Assembly: GCA_035542295.1 (NCBI GenBank)
Contig: DATKLR010000070.1
Location: forward strand, 1-41,710
Length of the DNA stretch: 41,710 nt
Source: Gemmatimonadales bacterium
GTDB taxonomy: Bacteria; Gemmatimonadota; Gemmatimonadetes; Gemmatimonadales; JACORV01
Direction: 5' to 3'
In this document: positions 29,233 through 38,274 of the stretch, piece after piece
Numbering within the stretch: position 1 is the first letter of the stretch
How the letters are laid out: every line of letters starts with the position of its first letter
Notes under the pieces: model-generated
Database searches by the model: none
What the model was told of the DNA's origin: nothing
Seen by the model: only the letters and a program-made list of their open reading frames with translations
Program-made: the position numbers and the translations under genes

Positions 29233-30407
29233 ACGAGCGACTGGCTCTCGCGTTGGCCGGCGCGCTGCTCGCCACCGGATGGGCCGCGCTGCTGGCGCTG
29301 GCCGACGGGGCTCTGGCCGCCGATCCCAAGATCGCCGAGACGGCCCTCAGCGGCGCGTACGGCGAGAAGCCGGAGCGGTTCCGCCGGGCGCTGGCGCTCG
29401 GGCGCATCACCTTCCTCGGCCTGGCCGCCGTCGGAGCCTCCGGAGCGCTGGCCTGGTGGAGCATGGACCCGGCCGGTGCGGCTCTCCTCATGGTGGCGCT
29501 GGTCGTGGCGGTGGCCCTCCTCGGCGATCTGGCCCCGCGCGCCGTCGGGCTGTGGCGAGGGGGCAGCCTCGGCCCGTGGGCGGTGCGCACGGCGGCCAAG
29601 TCCCTCGCCCTCATCGTGCCGCTGATCGTCGGCGCGGGCATCGTGGACCGTGCCTTCGGGCGCCTGTTCGGGGTCACTCCGCACGGCCCCAAGGCGCCGG
29701 ACCCGGCGCAGCGCGACATGCTGCTGGGCGTGTTCGCCCTCGCCGATACGATGGTGAGCGAAGTGATGACGCCGCGCGTGGACGTCCTTGGCCTCGACTG
29801 CAGCGCCTCGTTCGAGGACACGGTCAGCGCGGTCGCGGCCGCCGAGCACGCGCGGCTCCCCGCCTACGATGGCGACCTCGACCACATCGTCGGCGTGCTC
29901 TACGCCAAGGACCTGCTCCCCGCCTTGTTCGACGGCGACGCGGCCGGCCGGAACTGGCGGAGCCTCGTGCGGCCCGTGGACATCGTGCCGGAAACCAAGA
30001 CGCTCGACGCGCAGCTGCGCGACTTCCAGCGCGGGCCGAGCCATCTGGCGGTGGTGGTGGACGAGTTCGGCGGGACCGCGGGCATCGTCACGCTCGAGGA
30101 CGTGCTCGAGGAGATCGTGGGCGAGATTCGTGATGAGTACGACGCCGGCGAGCCGTCGGAGATCGTCCTGCTGGGGCCGGGCGTGTGGCTGGTGGACGGG
30201 CGCGCCTCGCTGGAGGCCGTGTCCGAGGCGGTCGGTGTCCCGATCTCGCACGAAGATGTTTCCACGATCGGCGGACTCGTGTACACCGTGCTGGGGCGGG
30301 TCCCAGTCGCGGGAGAGCAGGTGAAGCTGCAGGACTTCCGCGTCTCCGTCGAGCAGGTCGTGCGCCGCAGCATCCGGCGCCTCAGGCTCGAGCGCCTCAG
30401 CCCATGA
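29229..30407 (+). CDS. CNNM/DUF21-CBS pair-CorC_HlyC family protein (CorC/TlyC-like), copy 1
   Basis: N-terminal hydrophobic DUF21-like region, then VSEVMTPRVDV...H.R.P.Y.G.LD.IVGVLY.KDL...AVVVDEFGGTAGIVTLEDVLEEIVGEI.DEYD, followed by a C-terminal transporter-associated domain. The ATG at 29229 overlaps the ybeY stop as ATGA. Confidence 0.82.
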   Translation: MNERLALALAGALLATGWAALLALADGALAADPKIAETALSGAYGEKPERFRRALALGRITFLGLAAVGASGALAWWSMDPAGAALLMVALVVAVALLGDLAPRAVGLWRGGSLGPWAVRTAAKSLALIVPLIVGAGIVDRAFGRLFGVTPHGPKAPDPAQRDMLLGVFALADTMVSEVMTPRVDVLGLDCSASFEDTVSAVAAAEHARLPAYDGDLDHIVGVLYAKDLLPALFDGDAAGRNWRSLVRPVDIVPETKTLDAQLRDFQRGPSHLAVVVDEFGGTAGIVTLEDVLEEIVGEIRDEYDAGEPSEIVLLGPGVWLVDGRASLEAVSEAVGVPISHEDVSTIGGLVYTVLGRVPVAGEQVKLQDFRVSVEQVVRRSIRRLRLERLSP

Positions 30408-31585
30408 GCGTACTCGTCGTGCTCCTCGGCCTGGCGCTCGCGGCCTACGGCGCGACGGCCTCGGTCGCCGCCCTGGCCGCGAGCCGGCTGGAGCTGACCC
30501 GGTGGGTGGCCCGCCAGCTCGAGGGACACGACGCCGCCGTCACGTTGCTGTCGCGCCCCGGAGACGTGGCGGCGGCGGGCGATGCGCTCGTCGCCGTGGG
30601 CGTGGCGATCGCGGGCGTGGCTGCGCCGTGGGCCCTGCGCACGACCGGGCTCGCCACCACGCTGGCCCTGGAGCTGGTCGTGGGCGTCCCGGCCCTCGCC
30701 GTCGTCGCGTACTTCGTCCCGCGCGCGGTGGGCCGCCGCTGGCCGGAGGCAGTCGTCCGCGCTGTGGTCCCGCGGCTCAGGGCTCCCGGCGCCCTGGTCG
30801 GCCGGATCGTGCGTGGCCGCGCGGCGACCGAGCGCGCGGAGCTGGCGCCGCTGCTCCGCGATACGGCCAGCGCCGGCCTCGCGCGCGAGGACGAGCTGGA
30901 GATCGTGACGGGCGTGATGACTTTCGCCGACCGGCTGGTGCGTGAGGTCATGACGCCGCGCACCCGGATCGCCGCGGCGCCGGAGGGGGCGACGACCGCC
31001 GAGCTGGCGCGGCTCGTCACCTCGTCGGGCTACACGCGGCTCCCGCTCTATCGCGGGTCGCTCGATGAAATCGTCGGCATGGTGCACGCGTTCGACGTCA
31101 TCAAGGCCGGATCGGGAGGGACCGTTCGCGTGCGGCCGGTCGCCCAGCTGCCGGCGACGCGCCGCTGCGCCGACGCCCTCCTGGATCTCCGGCGCGAGGG
31201 TCGTCACCTGGCGGTCGTGCTGGATGAGTTCGGTGGGACGGCGGGCCTGGTGACGATGGAGAACCTGCTGGAGGCGCTGGTCGGTGAGATCTTCGACGAG
31301 CTCGACGTCCCCACGCCCACCGTACAGGGTGGGGGAGGCGTCCTCGTCGTCGATGCGAGCTTCAGCCTCGCCCAGCTCCGCGAGCATTTCAGCCTGCCGA
31401 TCGAGGCCCCGCCGAAGGTCGAAACCGTCGGGGGCTTCCTCACGTGGGCGGCCGGCCGCATCCCCCAGCAGGGGGATCGGGTTTTGACAGCCGGTCTCGA
31501 ATTCGACGTGCTGGAAGCCACGCCAACCCGGCTGGTCAAGCTCGTCGTCCGGTCCACCGAAGCGAGCGGGCATCGCGGTGAGTGA
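30404..31585 (+). CDS. CNNM/DUF21-CBS pair-CorC_HlyC family protein, copy 2 (tandem paralog)
   Basis: Same architecture as copy 1: VREVMTPRTRI...YTRLPLYRGSLDEIVGMVH.FD....LAVVLDEFGGTAGLVTMENLLEALVGEIFDE. The ATG at 30404 overlaps the upstream stop as ATGA. Confidence 0.8.
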   Translation: MSVLVVLLGLALAAYGATASVAALAASRLELTRWVARQLEGHDAAVTLLSRPGDVAAAGDALVAVGVAIAGVAAPWALRTTGLATTLALELVVGVPALAVVAYFVPRAVGRRWPEAVVRAVVPRLRAPGALVGRIVRGRAATERAELAPLLRDTASAGLAREDELEIVTGVMTFADRLVREVMTPRTRIAAAPEGATTAELARLVTSSGYTRLPLYRGSLDEIVGMVHAFDVIKAGSGGTVRVRPVAQLPATRRCADALLDLRREGRHLAVVLDEFGGTAGLVTMENLLEALVGEIFDELDVPTPTVQGGGGVLVVDASFSLAQLREHFSLPIEAPPKVETVGGFLTWAAGRIPQQGDRVLTAGLEFDVLEATPTRLVKLVVRSTEASGHRGE

Positions 31586-31655
31586 CCTCGCCGCCCGCCT
31601 TCCGATGCGGTTTATCAGGCTTGACCAAAGTCCCTGTCATGACTCAATTTAGGCC

Positions 31656-32717
31656 GTGACCTCCGCCGGGATTCTGGAGAGTCTGAGGGAGCGCAAGCCC
31701 GCCGCCCTCGCCCGAGCCATTTCGATGGTGGAGAACGGCACTCCCGGTTTCGAGCGACTGCTGGCGGCTGTGCACGGCGAGCTCGGCCGAGCCCGGCGGA
31801 TAGGCATCACGGGCCCCCCGGGAAGCGGCAAGAGCACGCTCATCGAGCGCCTGACCGCGCACTATCGCTCGGCCGCCCTCACCGTCGGCATCGTGGCGGT
31901 GGATCCGTCCAGCCCGTTCTCGGGCGGGGCGCTGCTGGGCGACCGCATCCGGATGGAAAGCGCCTCGGGCGACAGCGGGGTGTTCATCCGGTCGATGGCC
32001 TCCCGCGGCTCCCTGGGCGGAATGGCGACGACCACGGGCGAGGTGGCGGACGTGATGGACGCGTTCGGGTTCGAGCGGATCCTCATCGAGACGGTGGGGG
32101 TCGGGCAGTCCGAGCTCGACGTGGCGACGGCGGCCGATAGCACCGTGGTGGTGCTGGTGCCCGAGTCGGGCGATGGGATCCAGGTGATGAAGGCGGGGCT
32201 GATGGAGATCGCCGACGTTTTCGTCGTGAACAAGGCGGATCGGCCCGGCGCCGACCGCCTCCGGCAGGAGCTCGAGGTGGCGATGGGGCTCCGGCACGGG
32301 CACACGTTCAGGCATGTGCCGGCACATCATGGAATAGAGCTGGTTGCCAGTTCCCAGACGCCAAGTCTCCAGGGAGGCAAGGCAAAGGCCGAGCAGGGGG
32401 GCTCGTGGGAGCCTCCCGTGGTGGTCGCGACGGCGCTCAGGGATGAAGGCGTGGGCGAGCTCGTGGCGACGCTGGACCGGCACTTCGCGGCCCTCGAGGC
32501 GACCGGCGAGCTGGCGGGGCGGCGCCGGCGCCGGCTCGAAGGGCGCACGCGTGAGGTGCTGGAGCGCTCGCTGCGGCGGTGGGTGTGGTCCGACGCGGGC
32601 CCGAAGGCGGCGGTGGCTGCGGCCCTCGCGGACGTGGCCGCGGGACGGCGGAGTCCCTACGAGGCCGCCGCGGGAGTGGTCGCGCGCATCCGAGCGCGCG
32701 ACGGGGAAACGGGATGA
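31656..32717 (+). CDS. meaB: Acyl-CoA mutase-associated G-protein chaperone (MeaB/ArgK family)
   Basis: LARAIS.VEN......LL........[18 protein letters not shown].......[24 protein letters not shown].......[13 protein letters not shown].......V......[14 protein letters not shown]......D..V.V..P..GD.IQ..KAG.MEIAD..VVNKAD. GTG start at 31656. Confidence 0.9.
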   Translation: MTSAGILESLRERKPAALARAISMVENGTPGFERLLAAVHGELGRARRIGITGPPGSGKSTLIERLTAHYRSAALTVGIVAVDPSSPFSGGALLGDRIRMESASGDSGVFIRSMASRGSLGGMATTTGEVADVMDAFGFERILIETVGVGQSELDVATAADSTVVVLVPESGDGIQVMKAGLMEIADVFVVNKADRPGADRLRQELEVAMGLRHGHTFRHVPAHHGIELVASSQTPSLQGGKAKAEQGGSWEPPVVVATALRDEGVGELVATLDRHFAALEATGELAGRRRRRLEGRTREVLERSLRRWVWSDAGPKAAVAAALADVAAGRRSPYEAAAGVVARIRARDGETG

Positions 32718-34309
32718 GCGGGTTCGAGGCCGATCGCCCGGTGACGGAGGCGCAGGACCAGCTGGTCTACACGCCGCTCGACCTGCCGGACTTCGACTAC
32801 GCGGCGGAGCTGGGGCAGCCGGGGGAGTATCCCTTCACCCGCGGAATCCACGCCACCGGCTACCGTGGCCGGCTGTGGACGATGCGGCAGTTCTCCGGCT
32901 TCGGCACGGCGCGGCAGACCAACGAGCGGTACAAGTTCCTGCTGGCCCGCGGCCAGACCGGTCTGTCGGTGGCGTTCGACTTCCCGACGCTGATGGGCTA
33001 CGACTCGGACCACCCGCGCTCGCTGGGCGAAGTGGGGAAGTGCGGGGTGGCGATCTCGAGCCTGGCGGACATGGAGACATTGTTCGACGGGATCCCGCTC
33101 GACCAGGTCTCGACCTCGATGACGATCAACGGCCCGGCGGCGATGCTGTTCTGCTTCTACGTGGCGGCGGCGGAGCGCCAGGGCGTGCCGAGCGAGCGGC
33201 TGCGCGGCACGGTGCAGAACGACATCCTGAAGGAGTACATGGCGCAGCACGCCTGGATCTTCGGCGTGGAGCCGGCGCTGAAGATCATCGTGGACCTGTT
33301 CGAGTGGGGCGCGGCGCACGCGCCGCAGTGGAACACCATTTCCATCTCCGGCTACCACATCCGCGAGGCGGGCGCGACGGCGGCGCAGGAGCTGGCGTTC
33401 ACGCTCGCGAACGGCTTCACCTACGTGGAGCGCGGAATCGCGCGGGGCCTCGACGTGGACGCGTTCGCCCCGCGGCTCAGCTTCTTCTGGGACATACACA
33501 ACGACTTCTTCGAGGAGATCGCCAAGCTCCGGGCGGCGCGGCGCATCTGGGCGCGCCACATGCGCGAGCGCTACGGCGCGCGGTCGGACGCCGCGTTGAA
33601 GATGCGGTTCCACTCCCAGACGGCCGGCGTCACGCTGACGGCGCAGCAGCCGATGAACAACGTGGTGCGCGTGGCCTACCAGGCGCTGGCCGCGGTACTC
33701 GGCGGGACGCAGTCGCTGCACACCAACTCGATGGACGAGACGCTCGCCCTGCCGACGGAGCACGCGGTCCAGCTCGCGCTGCGGACCCAGCAGGTCCTGG
33801 CGTACGAGAGCGGCGTGGCGGACGTGATCGATCCGCTGGGGGGCTCCTGGTACGTGGAGGCGCTGACGCGCCAGCTCGAGGACGAGGCGGAGGCCGCCTT
33901 CGCGGAGATCGAGCGACTCGGCGGTGTGGTGCGGGGGATCGAGACCGGGTTCTTCCAGCGACAGATCGCGCAGTCGGCGAGCCGCTATCAGCGCGAGGTG
34001 GAGGAGCGGCGGCGCCTGATCGTCGGCGTCAACGAGTTCGTCGTGGAGGAACCGGAGGTCTCGATTCCGCTGCTCAAGATCGGGGAGGAGGCCGCGCGGG
34101 AGCAGGCCGGGCGGCTGGGGCGCCTGCGCGCGAGCCGTGCCGGGGACCTGGTGCAGCGGCGGCTCGACGCCCTGTCGGAGGCGGCGCGCCGCAGCGAGAA
34201 CATCATTCCCGCGATGCTCGACGCGGCGCGCGCGTATGCGACGCTGTTCGAGATCCGCGCAGCGCTGGAGCGTGTGTATGGCTCGTACCGAGAACCCATC
34301 TTCTTCTAG
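32714..34309 (+). CDS. Coenzyme-B12-dependent acyl-CoA mutase, large (substrate-binding TIM-barrel) subunit; annotated type methylmalonyl-CoA mutase N-terminal domain, but substrate is uncertain
   Basis: [65 protein letters not shown]...[19 protein letters not shown]...[26 protein letters not shown]...SQTAG..LTAQQP.NNVVR....[18 protein letters not shown]. The ATG at 32714 overlaps the meaB stop as ATGA. No B12-binding domain is fused. Confidence 0.9.
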   Translation: MSGFEADRPVTEAQDQLVYTPLDLPDFDYAAELGQPGEYPFTRGIHATGYRGRLWTMRQFSGFGTARQTNERYKFLLARGQTGLSVAFDFPTLMGYDSDHPRSLGEVGKCGVAISSLADMETLFDGIPLDQVSTSMTINGPAAMLFCFYVAAAERQGVPSERLRGTVQNDILKEYMAQHAWIFGVEPALKIIVDLFEWGAAHAPQWNTISISGYHIREAGATAAQELAFTLANGFTYVERGIARGLDVDAFAPRLSFFWDIHNDFFEEIAKLRAARRIWARHMRERYGARSDAALKMRFHSQTAGVTLTAQQPMNNVVRVAYQALAAVLGGTQSLHTNSMDETLALPTEHAVQLALRTQQVLAYESGVADVIDPLGGSWYVEALTRQLEDEAEAAFAEIERLGGVVRGIETGFFQRQIAQSASRYQREVEERRRLIVGVNEFVVEEPEVSIPLLKIGEEAAREQAGRLGRLRASRAGDLVQRRLDALSEAARRSENIIPAMLDAARAYATLFEIRAALERVYGSYREPIFF

Positions 34310-35510
34310 GGCGCCGGCCCGCCGGGTGGCGGCGGGGCGCGCGCAACCGGACACCAACGGCGCGGGGCTGCCCGCTGTTCTCGCGGAGCTCCTGGCCGTG
34401 GGTGAGAGCCGCGGCTGGGTGGTCTCCTGCTACCAGAAGCTCGAGCCGGCAGATCGCGCAGGAGAGAAGTACCGGATCAAGCTCAAGAACCGGCTGCGCC
34501 GCGCGGCGGAGCGGCTCGACATCCTCGGATTCGCTCGCGCGGATCGCGAAGCCGTGGTCCGCGAGCTGGATCGCATTGAGGCGTTCTTCCGCTACCCGTC
34601 GAACCTCGCCGGCGGCCGGGGCATCGCGGTCTTCGCCGCGAGCGGCTTCTTCCGCTCAATCGCTTTGCCATACGTGCTCAAGAGCCGGGTGATGGTGGAC
34701 CGCACGCCGGTCGTGGGCGAGCTGGTCGCCCTCGTCGAAGCGGGGAGCCGCCTGCTCGCGGCGGTCGCGGACCGCCGTTCGGCCCGCTTCTTCGATGTCG
34801 GACTGGAAGGCGTGGTCGAGCTCGACGGCATCGCCGCGCTGGACACCACGCGCCCGCGGCGCTTCCACCCCGAGCGCGGCGCCTCGCCCGGCGTCGGCGA
34901 GTACCACTTCCACAACCGGATCCGGGAGGAGCGCCACCGTCATCTGGCGTACGTGGCGGAGGCCGCCGCCGCGCATCTGAAATCCAGCCACTTCGACGGC
35001 CTGGTGATCGGCGGGATCGGCGTGGACGCGAGCGCGCTGCTGCCGCACCTCACCCCGGCGCTGCGCTCGCGGGTGCTGGGTGTGCTGCGGCTCGCGCCGA
35101 GGACCGCGTCGCCGGCCGAGATCCGTGACGGCGCGATGGAGCTGCTGGCCGACGCGACGCAACGTGCCGCCGCGGAGGCGGTCTCCGAGCTGGTGTCTCT
35201 GCGGGGAACCGGGTGGGCGGTGGAGTCGGTGGAGCCGACGCTCCGCGCGCTGGCTCGGGGCCAGGTGCGCACGCTGATCGTGGACGGGGACGCCGTGGTG
35301 CCCGGCTTTCGCTGCTCGGGCAGCGGGCGGCTGACCGAGCTGCCCTCGAGCGGGCGGGGCGAGGGAGAGACGCTGCCGGTCGCCGACCTGCTCGATGACG
35401 CCGTCGAGGATGCGCTGCGCCAGCGCGCGCGGGTGTCCGTCGTGCGCGGCGACGAGGCGCGGCGCTTCGACCGCCTGGCGGCGATCCTGCGCTTCCGCAC
35501 CAGCCGGTAG
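34278..35510 (+). CDS. eRF1/Pelota-like (bacterial aeRF1-superfamily, baeRF-type) protein lacking GGQ and NIKS motifs
   Basis: 410 aa. The central segment [38 protein letters not shown] parallels the eRF1 segment [31 protein letters not shown], but the GGQ loop is replaced. The C-terminal part ([26 protein letters not shown]) resembles eRF1/Pelota domain 3. GGAG lies 8 nt upstream of ATG 34278. An alternative GTG start lies at 34326. Confidence 0.55.
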   Translation: MARTENPSSSRAPARRVAAGRAQPDTNGAGLPAVLAELLAVGESRGWVVSCYQKLEPADRAGEKYRIKLKNRLRRAAERLDILGFARADREAVVRELDRIEAFFRYPSNLAGGRGIAVFAASGFFRSIALPYVLKSRVMVDRTPVVGELVALVEAGSRLLAAVADRRSARFFDVGLEGVVELDGIAALDTTRPRRFHPERGASPGVGEYHFHNRIREERHRHLAYVAEAAAAHLKSSHFDGLVIGGIGVDASALLPHLTPALRSRVLGVLRLAPRTASPAEIRDGAMELLADATQRAAAEAVSELVSLRGTGWAVESVEPTLRALARGQVRTLIVDGDAVVPGFRCSGSGRLTELPSSGRGEGETLPVADLLDDAVEDALRQRARVSVVRGDEARRFDRLAAILRFRTSR

Positions 35511-35512
35511 CG

Positions 35513-36211
35513 GTGCTCCGAGCCGTCTTCTTCGACGCGGGCGGCACGCTCGTCCACCCGGACTACGCTCGCGTGGCGGAGGTGCTCCGCCGCTCCGTGG
35601 GCCGCGCGCCGGCGCGCGAGGCGCTGGCCGAGGCCGAGTACGCGGGCCGGGCCGCGGTCGAGGCGGCGATGGCGGCCGATCCGGCATTGACCGACGGCTC
35701 CCGCTGGCAGCTGCACTTCACCGGCGCGCTCACCACGCTGGGCTTCTCTCCCTCCGAGCTGCGACAGGCGGGCCCCGAGATCCGTGCCGAGCACGAGCGG
35801 GCGAACCTGTGGACCGTGGCCCAAAGCGGAGCGGCGGAGGGTCTCGCCGCGCTGCGCCGCCTGGGCCTCGTCGTCGGGTGCATCTCGAATTCCAACGGCA
35901 CCGTGGCGCGGCTGCTCGCGGAGGTGGGGCTGGCCTCCTGGCTCGACCCCATCGTGGACAGCGGCGTGGTGGGAGTCGAGAAGCCCGATCCGGAGATCTT
36001 CCGCATCGCACTCCGGCGCGCCGGCGTGGCGGCCGCCGAGGCGGTGTACGTCGGCGACCTGTATCCGGTGGACGTCATCGGGGCGCGCCGGGCCGGGCTG
36101 GAGCCGGTGCTCCTGGACCCGCTGGGACGCTACGGCGACCGTGGGTGCCGCACGGCGCCGGACGTGCCCGCGTTCTGCCGCACGCTTGTATCGTCGTTGG
36201 GCCGCGGGTAG
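35513..36211 (+). CDS. HAD-superfamily hydrolase (subfamily IA-like)
   Basis: Motif I AVFFDAGGTLV, motif II ISNS, and motifs III/IV VEKPDPEIF...VYVGDL...DV.GA..AG. GTG start at 35513, 2 nt after the upstream stop. Confidence 0.75.
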   Translation: MLRAVFFDAGGTLVHPDYARVAEVLRRSVGRAPAREALAEAEYAGRAAVEAAMAADPALTDGSRWQLHFTGALTTLGFSPSELRQAGPEIRAEHERANLWTVAQSGAAEGLAALRRLGLVVGCISNSNGTVARLLAEVGLASWLDPIVDSGVVGVEKPDPEIFRIALRRAGVAAAEAVYVGDLYPVDVIGARRAGLEPVLLDPLGRYGDRGCRTAPDVPAFCRTLVSSLGRG

Positions 36212-36223
36212 GTTCCGCGCGCT

Positions 36224-36658
36224 ATGACCGCCCAGCCGAACGCCACGCCGGTCTCACGGCCGATCCGCGTGCTCGTGGCCAAGCCCGGTCTCGACGGACA
36301 CGACCGCGGGGCGAAGGTCGTCGCCGCCGCCCTCCGCGACGCCGGGATGGAGGTCATCTACACCGGCCTGCACCAGACCCCTGAGATGATCGTCGGCGCC
36401 GCGGTGCAGGAGGACGTGGACGTGGTGGGACTCTCGGTGCTCTCCGGCGCCCACCTGACCCTCTTTCCCCGGGTCGTCGCACTGCTGGGGGAGGCTGGGC
36501 GCGGCGACGTGTTGGTGACCGGCGGCGGCATCATCCCACGTGAGGATATGGAGGCGCTGGCGGCGCACGGCGTGGGCAGGCTGTTCGGCCCCGGCACGCC
36601 GACCTCCGAGCTGGTGGCGTACATCCGCGCCTGGGCCCTCGAACACCTGAGGCCGTAG
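36224..36658 (+). CDS. Acyl-CoA mutase small subunit (cobalamin-binding domain)
   Basis: [59 protein letters not shown]......L......DVLV..GG.IP. It contains the DxHxxG base-off/His-on B12 motif. Confidence 0.9.
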   Translation: MTAQPNATPVSRPIRVLVAKPGLDGHDRGAKVVAAALRDAGMEVIYTGLHQTPEMIVGAAVQEDVDVVGLSVLSGAHLTLFPRVVALLGEAGRGDVLVTGGGIIPREDMEALAAHGVGRLFGPGTPTSELVAYIRAWALEHLRP

Positions 36659-38274
36659 TGGCCTCGCATCCGCCCCGTCTCAGAACGCTCAGCGAGGAAT
36701 ACCGGGAGCTGGCCGACCGGCTGCGGCAGGGCGGCGGGCCCGAGAAGATCGCGAAGCAGCACGCCGATGGGAAACTCACGGCGCGCGAGCGCATCGCGCT
36801 GCTGACCGACCAGGGGGCCCCCTGGCTCGAGATCGGGCTGCTCGTCGCCTACGACCAGTACGATGGCCAGGCGCCGGGCGCGGGGGTCGTCACGGGCGTG
36901 GGCACGGTGGTGGGCCGCGACGTCGTCGTGGTGGCGAACGACGCCACCGTGAAGGCGGGCACCTGGTGGCCCGAGACGATCAGGAAGATGCTGCGCGCGC
37001 AGGAGATCGCGATGCGGCAGCGGATCCCCATCGTCTATCTGGTGGACTCCGGCGGCGTGAATCTCCCGTATCAGGGCGGCGTCTTCCCCGGGCAGTACGG
37101 CGCGGGCCGCATCTTCTACTACAACTCGCTGATGCGCCGCTATCTCCACGTTCCGCAGATCGCCGCGGTGATGGGGCCCTGCGTAGCCGGCGGCGCGTAC
37201 CTGCCGGCGCTCTCCGACGTGATCCTGATGGTGGACGGGACCAGCTTCATGGGCCTGGGCGGGCCGAACCTGGTCAAGGGGGCCACCGGGCAGGTCGTGG
37301 AGCGCGAGGCGTTGGGCGGGGCGCGCATGCACACCGGGACCAGCGGCGTCGCGCACTACATCGCCAAGGACGACAAGGAGTGCCTGGCGATGGTCCGGGA
37401 GGCGGTGGCGCGGCTGCCGCGGCCCGACCCGGCACGCTTCGCGCCGCAGCGCGTGGCCCGGCCGCCGCGCCGCTCCGCGGAGGACCTCTACGACCTGCTG
37501 CCCGCCGATCACCGCATGTCGTACGAGATGCGCGAGATCCTCGCCTGTTTCGTCGACGGGGGACAGCTCGACGAGTTCCAGAAGGATCTGGCCCAGGAGA
37601 TGATCTGCGCGCACGCCGCGATCGAGGGCCGCATCGTCGCGGTGATCGCGAACGAGCGCCGCCTCATCAAGGGGAAGCCGGGGGAAGCGCCGCGATTCGG
37701 CGGCATCGTCTACACGGAGAGCGCGGAGAAGGTCAGTTACTTCATCGAGACGGCGAACCGCGAGCGCATCCCGATCCTGTTCGTGCAGGACGTGTCCGGC
37801 TTCATGGTCGGACTGGAGGCGGAAACGTCCGGCATCATCCGCGCGGGAGCCAGGTTCGTTGAGGCGATGGCGACGGCCACGGTTCCCAAGCTCGTGCTCA
37901 CGGTGAATCACGCCTCGGGCGCGGGCTACTACGCCATGTCGGGACAGGGCTTCGATCCCGACTTCATCCTGTCGCTGCCGACGGGGCGGATGGGGGTGAT
38001 GGAAGGGGAGTCGGCCGTGCAGGCCGTGTACGGTCCCGAGCTGGAGAAGACCGGGAAGGAGACTCCGCCGCCGAAGCTGGCGGAGGCGGTGGAGCGGATG
38101 CGGGAGGACTACGAGCACTGGCTCGACGCGCGCTTCGCGGGCGCCCGCGGCTTCGTGGACGCGATCGTCACGCCGGAGGAGCTTCGCGCGCAGCTCGCCT
38201 TCGCGCTGCAGGTGGTCTCCAACGAGCCGGGGCCACACCTCGGCCCGTTCGTCCTGCCTGCCACCCTCGCCTGA
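36658..38274 (+). CDS. Acyl-CoA carboxylase carboxyltransferase (beta) subunit, MccB/AtuC-like
   Basis: KQHADGKLTARERIALL.D.G.PWLE...VVANDATVKAGTWWPETIRKMLRAQEIAMRQRIPIVYLVDSGGVNLPYQGGVFPG..GAGRIFY...PQIAAVMGPCVAGGAYLPALSD. This matches the methylcrotonyl/geranyl-CoA carboxylase beta pattern (ANDATVKGG..YP.T.KK.LRAQEIA...P.IYLVDSGGA.LP) better than the PccB pattern (QDFTV.GGSLGE...NDSGGARIQEG). Confidence 0.85.
   Translation: MASHPPRLRTLSEEYRELADRLRQGGGPEKIAKQHADGKLTARERIALLTDQGAPWLEIGLLVAYDQYDGQAPGAGVVTGVGTVVGRDVVVVANDATVKAGTWWPETIRKMLRAQEIAMRQRIPIVYLVDSGGVNLPYQGGVFPGQYGAGRIFYYNSLMRRYLHVPQIAAVMGPCVAGGAYLPALSDVILMVDGTSFMGLGGPNLVKGATGQVVEREALGGARMHTGTSGVAHYIAKDDKECLAMVREAVARLPRPDPARFAPQRVARPPRRSAEDLYDLLPADHRMSYEMREILACFVDGGQLDEFQKDLAQEMICAHAAIEGRIVAVIANERRLIKGKPGEAPRFGGIVYTESAEKVSYFIETANRERIPILFVQDVSGFMVGLEAETSGIIRAGARFVEAMATATVPKLVLTVNHASGAGYYAMSGQGFDPDFILSLPTGRMGVMEGESAVQAVYGPELEKTGKETPPPKLAEAVERMREDYEHWLDARFAGARGFVDAIVTPEELRAQLAFALQVVSNEPGPHLGPFVLPATLA

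Noticed and set aside
31586-31655. Possible cobalamin riboswitch or strong promoter upstream of the meaB-mutase cluster. The gap contains TTGACC at 31621-31626, an 8-bp palindrome GTCATGAC at 31636-31643, and TCAATT 17 nt downstream of the -35 element.
   Set aside because: The gap is only 70 nt, far too short for a B12 riboswitch, and I see no B12-box-like sequence. The -10 candidate matches only 3 of 6 positions, so the promoter call is too weak to list as a feature.
34137-34277. Upstream extension of the eRF1-like ORF. The track ORF starts at 34137.
   Set aside because: The extension overlaps the well-conserved C-terminus of the mutase large subunit in another frame and is Arg/Ser-rich. 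The ATG at 34278 has a GGAG Shine-Dalgarno at the right distance.
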